Origin: Mobula birostris
Lineage: Eukaryota
Length of the DNA stretch: 64,000 bases
Assembly (NCBI RefSeq): GCF_030028105.1
Contig: NC_092384.1
Span: 16,995,629 to 17,059,628 of the forward strand
Direction of reading: 5' to 3'
Shown: piece after piece, positions 11,641 through 22,800 of the stretch
How the letters are laid out: each line of letters starts with the position of its first letter
Position numbering within the stretch: position 1 is the first letter of the stretch
Made by a program: the position numbers and the translations under genes
Notes under the pieces: generated by a model
Seen by the model: only the letters and a program-made list of their open reading frames with translations
Databases searched by the model: none
Told to the model about the DNA's origin: nothing

Positions 11641-14600
11641 AATAGACAAAATAAAGTCAATATCAGAAGAAAAAATCTCTTTTAATCCACCAAACAATTG
11701 TATCCTGAAAACTTCCAGTTGGAAAAATTGTCGATTACTTTTAGCTGAAGCAGTTGCCTCTCGAAATTTAGGTGATAGCACTTAAGGTTTAGATAAGATA
11801 TTGAGAAGGACAAATTGCCTTGTACGAATCTAAGCACAAATCCTAAAAAAATGCTGGGGAAGCATTGTTTTATATGTACAAAGTGTTTTCTGTCCTTTAC
11901 GTTCTCAGATTGCTGAATGGCGAATTAAGTATGATTTATCGTGTTGTCATATGCGTACTAACAAGAGCAGAGATCTGGAACGAAGACGAAAGTTTTGAAA
12001 TATTTCACTTTAAATACGGAAGAAACATTTGCAATCTCAGTTAAAAGAAAGGCTCTATTGAAATCGTGGACACTGACATTTTATCATGGTACATTTATTT
12101 AATATACCATTGTCAAAGCGTATCAGAAATGTTCTACAGCAGAGTCGATTAACAAAATGAGAATTGAAGATAATTTTTTGAGTTGTATGTTGAAACGGTT
12201 CGAGCATGAAGGCTGGAAAGATGCGATTCAGGGAAAAAAAATACTCATATTGTACTAATGGGCTAATTGGTGACAATTTGAAGTTTGTTCTAGGATCACG
12301 AAGTTTCATTATTATATTAATAAATGACAAATACAAAGAAACAAGGCAGCAAATAAGCTGGGTAGTATTTGGTGTGCGTGAGTTGAGTGTGGATGGAAGC
12401 AAACGCCCTAGATGTTGTAAATTTAGAGTCCACACCAACTCAGGAAGCAACTATGGAAAATGTTAGATTAAGATTTTTTCGAGTTTATTGCGTGGTGAAA
12501 GCTGTCCAGCCTACCTTTCTCTCCACAGAAGGTGCCAAACTAATCGGATATTTCCAAAACCTACTACACTTACTTTTCTTTCATGTTGTTCAATTTGTGT
12601 TAATTATGTGGTGAGTCGTAACCCAGCAGAACCCATTAGTAATCTTGGGAAGATATCAGAACAATATTATCTGTAGCAACTCTCCGTAATCGAGATTATG
12701 GAAATATTTTGGAAGTCCTACAGGATGAGGCCATGTACGTTATAAGAGTTTACCATTCCATTTTAGGACGATATCTAGGGGGTTGGGGTGTATAATTGAC
12801 CCGCACATATAAAACAAAGAAGTAACTTGAGAGACAATTTCTGCTCTTCACCAGATTGACAAAATGTTTCTTCTTGAAGTATTTAAATAATCTTTAAAAT
12901 TTCAAGTATGCAAATATGAATGATTTAAATAATAAAAAATAAAACCTTTAAAATTATCTCAAATTTTCAACAGTTACTGAAACGGAAAGGAGAAGGCCAG
13001 GGATGAATATTAGAAAGTTTAATTTCGCTGTTCTTCACTACCTAATATCCCGGCGCGGCTAGACAATGAGGTGCAGATGAACAGCCTCGGCCCCAGCCGT
13101 CGACAGTCTATTTCCTTCCCATGATGCTGCCTGGCGCGCTGAGCTCCGCCAACACTTATTATGTTGCTCGATGTTCCACCGTCGGAACTCCCTTGTTTCC
13201 ATTTTATTGCCAATTGAGTCGTCCTTGGAAAGTACTTTCCTGCTATTTACTTAATGTTTTGTGTTCAGCCAACCCCAATTAGTGTAGTTGTCAAACTATC
13301 TTGATTTTTGTGGGAATTCAAATGTTGTGCTTACTATTTCACAACGACAGATTTTTAAAAACATTTCAAAGATCAGCAAATTATTCATATTTTATTGCCA
13401 TATCAGCCTATATACAAGCATTTAAAGCAGGGTTAATAATCACAATACTTTGGTTCACAAATATAAACAATCGCTGTTCCAATACAGAAACTCACGAGGG
13501 CAGTTACTTATTTTCTATCTCCCTTCAATTTTTGACCATTTCCTTAGAGCTGACTTTTCAAATTCTTCGTCTTTTCGCAAATATCAAAAGAGGAAACTGT
13601 ATAGTTTTCTTATCATTATGAAGGAAAATGATTTTCAGTTCTTCGATACGGAGGCTTGAAGATAATGCATGCTTTATCAGTTGCCTGTATTTTTATTGAG
13701 AAGCATTGCTTCTTTTGAGATATGAGGGAGGAATAAATTGCCAACGGGAAATATCACCTTGGATACATACAGTATTCCGCAGGTTCACCAGAGTTCACAA
13801 GTGAACAGAAGAGAAGCAAGTAGGACAGAAATTATCTGGCAAGTAGCTGAAAAACATAGAGAGAAATAAGGAAAAAAAGAGATTAGCATAATGCGAAAAT
13901 GTCATGTCGCTTTGTATTCGGCTCATATCCAGTTAGATCATTAATTGGTAAGCAGGGTAATTAATGGATAAGAGGATTGCAGATGTTTGCAATCCAAAAT
14001 TAAGCGAAGACATCGGGAACCTTTTATGAAAAGGGGAAAATACAAATCATTTCTTTTCATGGCCTGGTGAAAAATTATCAACTTGAAGTGTTCACACTAT
14101 TTGTCTCAGGAGTTGTTGCCTGGCTTGCTGAATTTTTTCCTATGACTTCCACAGAATAGTATCAAACACTAGCTTTAATTTTGCAGTCAACTAACTTCAA
14201 TAAGCTCCCTATTATCTATTAAAGAAGAATCAACATTCAGTTGAAACATTTATCCTAAAAGAACCCTGTCGAAAGCATTTCGGAATATGTTTGTAATGAA
14301 AGCAGAGACATTTAAAGGTGCGACATTATCTGGTGGACAAAATTCTCTCACAATTTAGAAACCTAGATTTATAGTCAATCCTATGGACAAACCAGAGCTG
14401 TACTTGACATTGAAAAACATATTGGTCTTTCTGAGATTGTCATGTATTCAAGCACTTGAAATCGAAAAAACAATAAATTGAATACTTAAAAACAGAACAA
14501 AATGTCTTCTGTGCTTTTCCGCCCCAGTTAACGCTGAACAAATTTATGCTGGTGAAAACATAGAGATGTAGGATTTGTCTCTAAAGTATTTAAAACTGAA

Positions 14601-16692
14601 AATGTATCGGCAGTCTTATTCAATTGGCAGCTAAGAGCTACCACGACAACCCCAACCGTGCACAAACAAAGCCAATTTTTATCAGTCAATTTGTTTTAAG
14701 TGTTTAGTAATTGGTCCGAGTTACTGCTGTATTATTTCGCACCATGAAGAATGGACTAATGGAGAACAGAGAGTGGTTCACGGGGAACTAATCACAGTAC
14801 TCTCATCTTTGGTATTTAGGTGTCGAGAAAAAGGAATATTTGAAGATCAAGGCAAAAATCTCGACAGAAAACTTACCTTCTGGAAATAGTGGTTTCTGCC
14901 GCAGACACATTTTTGTATTCGGCATCACAAGTTACCTGTAACGTAAAACTAAGCTGTCCCTCGTTAGAATTGTCTCTTACGATTCATCAGATCCACAGTA
15001 GGATAAGGTTCACAACGTCCATATCCTCTCCCGAATAAACTCCTCAACAAACAGACCTGAATTACATGCCGCGGGATAGAGTAGACAAAATTTGTGTTAC
15101 CTATGAACAACTTTACGCCCCAAGCAGCTACATAATTTCAGATCTGAAAAGACAGGAGAGACAGTTTAATAATAGTGACAAATCTTCTTATGAAGAAAGC
15201 ATAGCATCCCCACCGCTGCGTGGAAATTCGGAAATGTAACTGCTCAAAATGGCGAGGTGTCTGACATGGTAATCAGAATCTTAACTCCGTTCGTAGGAAG
15301 CACATGGAAGCTCAGTATTGTTTCATTGCCAACCAAGATGCTTTTGACTATTTAGTGTTGTCATTTTATAAATCGATAACAATTTATGCCCTGCCGGCTT
15401 AGACACAAGGGTGCGTGCTAACCCTTTTTTTCTGTATCGGGTTAAAATGTTTGCTCGATTGACTATCCTGTTGTCTCCCGTTTACTTTGTGGAACTGTAG
15501 GAGATATTTGAAATAGCAGCATTTCCCCAATGGAACTGCTCGTGTTTATTAGATTTGAAATGGAGCCTCGGAACTGCAATCAATGATCCGAGGCTTCCTC
15601 GATGCGCCCTTTATAGATTTTATCGCAGTACTTTTTGAATCTCTGTTATCATTAAACTGAATAAATTGCTGTTTGAAGTCTAAGCTCTCTCCTTATGTGA
15701 TCAACATCCTATATGCGGAATCTATTTCTATCACAGACAGCATTTGCTGCTGCTTTTCACTGAGTTCTACGTGCGAACTGGTCACAGCAGCGAGTAGGAA
15801 ACCTGAGTACTATGCGGCCTACTTTGAGAAAACAGACTGAAATCGGTCAATGGAATTAATTTATGAATGTTTCACGTTATATGCTTTTGTTTCATGAAAC
15901 TTAAGCATTTAAATTACATGAAAATTGCTTGAAGTTCGACTCTCTCTTTATAAAGCTCCTTACTGGGAGCAATAAAATATTTCTTGATAATTTATATAAT
16001 CTTGTCAAACAGTATAAATATTTCATTATTAATTCGTTTTTGAATAAGCGACCATATGTCGTTTCTCTTTGTCATCAATGCTTAGAATCCAAAATCATAT
16101 ATTGTGTAGGAGATTTGTGCATTTCGACGTCCGGAGGAATGTACTTGCTGTTCAAACCAGGCTCGTTCATCATTTCCTTTTTGTTTTGCAATCCAGACAT
16201 TAAGCAGTAGTTCATTAATCGAACCGTTATAACCAAACCGTAAAGGAATTTATCAAGAGAAGCAAATTTTTCATTTATATAACACCGTCCCCACCCGTCA
16301 CAGCTTAAAGTCTTTTGGCCGCATGAGTGCAACTGCTTTACTAGAGAAACCAGCAGGGTGCTACTTGACCGAAGGTATATGATTGAAATGGAGCAAAACT
16401 GCAAAGGTAAATTGGAATGAAAAAATATTGTTATTATTTTTGTCCGCCTATTTTATTAGACATTTTTCAACTCTTAAGCGGATTTCCATCTTTAACATCA
16501 AAATGTGCAGAGTACAGATTTGAATTTATATCTCAATAAAGGTTTGGATAATTCCTGTATTCAGCAAGAGGGCAAGATTTCCAACATAATCACGAAAGCA
16601 CTAGGTAGGCCATGTAAAAATTAGAACTGTAAGGGTTCTTATTTTCGTCCCAGCCGAGACAGGGTTTAAATCTGAACTACATTATTCTGCCT

Positions 16693-16740
16693 TGCGGTGG
16701 CGTCACCTGCGTCATGTTTACCTAATTAATACATTTCCTC
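16693..16740 (+). promoter_or_regulatory. Putative proximal promoter motif cluster (RUNX, E-box, CRE half-sites, ETS)
   Basis: TGCGGT 16693-16698, CGTCA half-sites, CACCTG 16704-16709, TTTCCTC (GAGGAAA on minus) 16734-16740, all 80-125 nt upstream of the ATG. Short motifs occur by chance, so this is motif matching only. Confidence 0.3.
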
Positions 16741-16817
16741 ACGAAGTCCTTTTCCTTCAGCAAATTGTTTAAAATACCACTTGCATTGCAAGAATTGGTC
16801 CATTTGGTTTCTGTAAG

Positions 16818-16872
16818 ATGGCGGAGAAGTTTACGGTTTCGTACATGACACTTCTGGCTATTACTTGGCTAA
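16818..16872 (+). CDS. Exon 1: signal peptide MAEKFTVSYMTLLAITWL
   Basis: ATG in good context (AAGATGG), hydrophobic core, donor A|GTATGC in phase 1; continues I-VKVTA on exon 2. Confidence 0.75.
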
Positions 16873-19800
16873 GTATGCTGATTTATACACGCCGTTTCCG
16901 AATTGAATATTCCGTTTAATAATATTTAACCCTCGGTGCCTGCAGCATATTCGGTTACCGTTTTTCGTCTATTCGGCCGTTTCTCGCTCTTAGATGTTTA
17001 GTGACTTACGTCATCAGTTTTTGTTAATTCACTGTGTTTAACTGTTATTAATACTCTTGCTTACTTTTCCGGCAGTCGTCAAAGTAACTGCGAACGAAGT
17101 ATCTCAATTCCCGAGGGACTTGGATGTCCTGGGTGGTGCGAATGTTACTATGTTCTGCAAATTTCCACTAACACAAGGTACCGTTGACGTTCGTTGGTGG
17201 AGGCAAGGCGAGAAGGCATTTTTAGAAAGGGACAGCAGAAGACAATTTACTGTAGAAAGGGGAAGAGGAACGCTTGTACTTTGGAATGTCAAATTCAACG
17301 ACTCTGGACTGTATTACTGTGAAGTAAAGTTTCAGGAGCAATCTTTCGGGAGAAGCTGTAGCACCAAGCTCACTGTGTTCGGTAAGTGTGGTTGTTTGGA
17401 GATTTTCGGCTCTGTGCATTTTACATCAAACTTAGTGATAAGGATAAAACGGAATGTTTCTACTTGATAATACAAACGGCGAGAATACATTTGTTTCCCG
17501 CGTTAAAATATACCCCAGTCCAGGGATTCTAAATTCAGAACTACAAAGAACAGAAAAAATTTATGTAGCAACTATTAGGCGCATAATGGAGTTGATTCTG
17601 TTTATCGTATCGTACTTCCTCGGCTCTTCCTTACTGCTGTTTGTCCAGCCCGGTTCATCAGCTATCTCCTAGTTAAACCTGATGACTAAAGTCAGTGATA
17701 CCTTAGGACTTTACCCTCATTATCGCGAAGGTACTTTGAATACAACGAATGACTTTTCAAGCAAGGTTAGGATTGTTTTGCAAGCAAGGGGCTGAACTAA
17801 TATCAATATTAATATGAATGGCTGGCGTTGGATAACTCGATTCGTCTTTACTAAGGACGCAAAATATTAATACTTAAATAGAATAATCTCTATCAAAGAG
17901 TCTGTATGCAGCAGCACAATGCTCCAATCCGCATCAACAAGTAGAGAGGAATAATACCCAACTCCTAACGAGTTAATTCCAACATCAAGTAACAATTTGT
18001 CGCTTGCACTGCAAACTGTCATCCCAACTTTTTTCATGCAGGATTAGCAAAATCTAAACTTCTTTCACCATACAAAATGGGGAGTAATAGAGGCCTCTCG
18101 AGATCGAGGTGAATTTTGATAGGGTTAGATCGTAAAGGGTTGAGAGTCGAGCGCAAACCCACATTCAACATGTCCGCTGGCAGCTCATTCCACAATAGCA
18201 ATACCGTCTGAGTGAAAACGTTTCCGCTGATGTTCGCCTTTAATACTTCTCATTTTACTCTTAAGCTATGACTTCTAATTACATTCTCACCAATCTCAGT
18301 GGATGAAGCAGGCTTACATGCATCAGATCTACATCCCTCATAATTTTGTATACCTCTATCAAATGTTTGCTTGTTCTGTTACGAATCATGAGCAAAAATC
18401 CTAACCTGTTAAACCTTTGCTCGTCATCCATGTCCTCAAATTCATGCCACATCTTTGTAAGTTTTCTTTGTATTTATTCAATCGTATTTAAACTTTACTG
18501 AAGATAGGTAACCAGAATTGCGAACAATACTCCAGATTTGTTCTGAATAACGTCTAATACAACTTCAACATGGCATCCCAACTTCTACGCTCAATACTCT
18601 GATATATGAAGGCCGATATGACAAAGGTTATCGTTACGATACCATCCGCCTTTGACTTCACTTTCAATGAATTATCAATCTATATTCCAAGATAACTTTT
18701 TACCACACTTCCTAATGCGAGTCTCTTTCAGTTTGTATATCCGAGATTGGTTTGTCTTCCCAAAGTAGCAGCATACAATTACCTTCATTAAATTCTATCT
18801 GCGATTTTCAGTCCACCTGGTCTATAACCCGCTGCAAGCTTTGATAGGCATGCAGTCCAGCACTAGTCAAAGGCCTTCGCTCAAAGAACAACCATCTACT
18901 ACCATACTCTGGCTGCTCCCGCGAAGCCTACGTTAGACACAACTTACTCCATCATCCTGAATGCGAAGCGAACGTACTTGATTAGCCCACCACCCTCAGG
19001 CAGAACTTTTCTAAAGTAATTGCTAAAATCCATGTTGACTATATCCACTGTTATCCTTCATCAAGATCAATGGTAACCGGCTCGAAAAGCTCATTAAGAT
19101 TGGTTTTACACAGTCTACCTTGCAAAAAACATGTTGTGTAATCCCAATCAAGCCCAGTCTATTTATTTCTCCTATTGTTTAGAATATCTTTCAATACATT
19201 ACCCAGTTATCTGTAATACCAACTAGTCTATAATATCTCGGCTTATTCCGAGAGTCCATCTTGAACAACGGCACACTAGATACATAATTGGAGCAACACA
19301 CATAAAAATTGCTGGTGAACGCAGCAGGCCAGGCAGCATCGATAGGAAAAGGTACGGTCAGCGTTTCGGGCCGAGACCAATTGGAAAGCAAGTTCATGGG
19401 AAACTGAAAGATCTGAAGGTAGGTAATTCACCTGGATCAGATGATGAACATCCCAGGATTCTGGTAAATGTTGCTCATAGGATTGTGGATGTTTTAATAA
19501 GGTCTTTCAATAATTACTAAATTCTTGAGTGGTTTCGATAGACAAGAAAATTGTAAATGTCACTCCACTCTTCAAGAAGCCTGAAGGCGGAAAAGGGAAA
19601 CTGTAGGCCAGTCAGTCTGACCTCACTAGTTGACAAGATGTTGGAGTCCATCATTAAGGATCAGGACTTAGGTTAGCTGGAGACACATAATAAAACACGC
19701 ACTATTCAGCATAATTTCCTGAAAGGAAACTCTCGCCAGACAAATCTGATTGAATTATTTGAAGGAATAAAAAGTGGGATAGATAAAGATAGGCAGAATC

Positions 19801-22800
19801 GGTTGTTATGCACTTGGATTTTCAGAAGGCCTTTGACAAGGTACCACACACAATGCTGTTAAACAAGCTACGAGCCCAAAGTATTACAAGAAAGATAATA
19901 GGGTGGATAAAGCAGTGGCTGGTTGGTAAGTGACAAACAATGGGAATAAAGTGAGCATTTTCTGGTTGGCTGCCCGTGACTAACGGAGTTCCACAGGGGT
20001 CTGCGCTGTGACCGATTCGTTCAATGTTATCTGTCAATGATATGGATGGTGGAATTGATGGCTTTGTTGCAAAGTTTGCAGACGATATGAAGAGAGGTGG
20101 AGAGGCAGGCAGTTTTAGGAAATAGAGAGGCTACAGAAGGACTGAGACAGATTAGGAGGGCAGGCAAAGAAATGGCAGGTGGAATGCAGTATCGAGAAGT
20201 GTGTGAGCATGCAGTTTGGTGGAGGGTGTGAAAGTTTTGAATATGTTCTAACTGGAGAGAAAACACAAAAAAGAAACATTCAGGTGCAAAGGGATTTGGG
20301 AGTCCGTGTGCAGTATTCCATACAGGTTAATTTGCATTTTGGGTCTGTGGTCAGGAAGGCAAATCCAATGATCGCATTCATTGCAAAAGGACTAGAATAT
20401 AAGGGCCAGGATGTAATGTTCAGACTTCATAAAGCACTGGTGAGGCGTGAGGCGTCACGGCGTATTTTGCATCTTGGCCCCCGAAGAACAATGTTTCGCT
20501 TCAGAGTGTGTGTGTATGGTTGAGCAACAATAAACAGAACGTGAAATTGAAAGGATTTATTAAATACTGGTTAATACTGCGGGTAACTAATTTGATAGTT
20601 GAACGTCATGCTAGTTGGAGGGGAGATAAGGGAAGTTACCTGTACTGATATGGATTGAAAATACTCAATATAACTATGTTTTTACTCAAGCTCCTCCAAC
20701 TCCATTGGAAATTGTTCCTGTTGGAGGGTTTTCGTTTCCTCGAAAGCTCCTTTGTAAAACGGCTGCCTTCTACCCGGAGGAATTAGAAATCGTTTGGCAA
20801 AGAAATAACAAGCAAATTCGCACTGGAATAGAGAGTGTGAAAAACCGAAGCGTGGATGGATTGTTCGAAGCTTTTAGTTTATTGGAAATCACGCAGTCTA
20901 CTTGGGAAAAAGATGTTTACACCTGCCTGGTGTCGCATGGCTCCCTCACGGTGCCTGCCAGTTTCAGCTTCGTCCAGGACCAAGGTAAGATGGTGTTTTG
21001 ATGAAGTCATGATGTTGGATCTCGGCCTTAAACGTCGACATTTTAGATCTGCCTGATGGGCTGAGTTCCTCCATTTTATGTGTTATTCTGAATTCAGCAT
21101 GTTCAGAATCTTCTGTGCTCAATGTAAATGGAAGTCTTTACAAGTCATAGCTTGTGGGGTAAATGTGACCTTGTTAAGAACAGTAACTGAACAGCTACCC
21201 AAACACGGAAAGAATGGCTAATTTTGAAGTTTAGTAATTGACAGGGAATATTAAACGTGAACGGTGTTCAAAAGTTAAAGTGTTATTCCGGTCAGTGTTA
21301 ATCGTGTAGGACGAATAAGGAAATTGAATTCGTGCAATATTTGTAAGGTAGCAAACGTTTGAACATTTGCTAAAAATATGACAAAGCAAAACTTAAACTC
21401 TAAAAGACATAGTAATATAACAAAGGTGAGAATATGCATTTCGTATCTTACGATATATTTCCCGATCGTGTGTACTGAGATTTGAAACGAGCCTGTAAAA
21501 TATTTTGGATTGTTGATTGTCATGTGTGCATTTGTTTTTAGATGAAGAAATGCTTCACAGTTTCTTGTTTTTCCCCCTATTGATCCACAAGGTGCTGATA
21601 CTAAATTGATTCTCTCATATACACTGAAGGGAGCGGCAATTTTAGCACTGATAATGGTTTTGGTGACAGTCAACTTAAAGAGATCGCACGGTAAGAACGA
21701 TGATCGCTGAGAAACATCACCTCTATTCGTCCAAACAGATGCGTTAATGATATTTAACCGCAAAACAGTAAATGCCCTTTACAAAATGACTGGACATGGA
21801 TTGCGATTTTCGAAGTCAGACTCAGTGATAATGCCCAGTTACAATAGAAGGTAGATCTTAAAATTCAACTATTTCACCAGTCCACTCGAAGTATTACACA
21901 TCTCATTCACAAATGCTTTTCTATAATTTTGGAGTTCTTCAACTGTTTTAAATGCAATGGCAGATCTATACTTTGAAGCGTAAAGAACACTGACGAGCTC
22001 GTGCATGTCTCATTGATTTTAATTTCCATTTCAGCGACAGTATTTAAGTGTAGTACGGCCACTGATATACTATTATCACTTTACAGCTTCGTTAAAAGTT
22101 TATTGAGCATAGTGCCATGAGGTTGACGCGGAACACACACTGTATCAGGACAATTGATATCACCAAATGCTTTCTGAAATATCCGTACCTTGCGCAGTTC
22201 GTCTTACACAATGAATTCGATTCGTATCAAACGAATAAAGTCCAATTTTTACAATACAAATAATTTATTTTATTTTTCTTAAGGGATTAACAGAAGTTCC
22301 TTGAACAGATGTCAGAATGAGGAGCCGGTAGGTGAACTGGATCGTCTTCTTTCAGAGCCATGTATACGCATAGTAGAGATATTATAAATTTATTTTGTTC
22401 CACAACATTTTGGAATGCAGTAGGGAAGAATGAAACCATTCTCTCTGACCAGTTTTTAAATTTTGAAGTATATATCCAAGATGTATTTGAATATTCCTGT
22501 TGAATATGCTTCAAATCGTCTTTGAGGATTCAACACCAGTTCATAACCGGTTGCATTAAGGCGCTCGGCAATATTAACTAATGGACGTTAAGCAGTTACT
22601 CATACTTCGTGTGGCGAATAATTAAATACAAATCTAAGACTGGGATGTTTTAGATGTAAAATGTCGGTTTACGAGAATTGCGATGTAGTGCCAATCGGAA
22701 AATACAGTACACGCACGAATCATTTCGCAATATATGTTACATTTGATTTGAACGCACAGTAAGCAAGCTTAAAAATGCAATGAAATCTTGCTTTGGAACG

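Noticed and set aside
14877-15142. Three minus-strand mini-exon-like units with good splice signals (e.g. VTCDAEYKNVSAAETTISR)
   Set aside because: The implied introns are only ~44-45 nt and the phases are incompatible.
15564-15595. Perfect 9-bp stem hairpin (AGCCTCGGA/TCCGAGGCT)
   Set aside because: Several such stems are expected by chance in 64 kb; no other RNA-gene features.
16075-16404. 109-aa minus ORF after an acceptor-like site; another frame contains RFGYNG..VWIA reminiscent of MHC alpha2
   Set aside because: Motif spacing does not fit, the two frames do not combine into a recognisable domain, and there is no partner exon.
17016-17036. RSS-like nonamer (AGTTTTTGT) plus perfect heptamer (CACTGTG) in the leader-V intron
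   Set aside because: The spacer is 5 nt, not 12 or 23, and the site lies in a T-rich intron upstream of V where it could not join V to J; likely chance.
17371-17377. CACTGTG heptamer inside the J-like strand
   Set aside because: It is simply the codons for L-T-V (CTC ACT GTG); no nonamer at the correct spacing.
17382-17467. Read-through of the V exon giving a soluble V-only form ending GKCGC..RNVST*
   Set aside because: The donor G|GTAAGT is a strong consensus and no nearby polyA signal was seen; a short open read-through is expected by chance.
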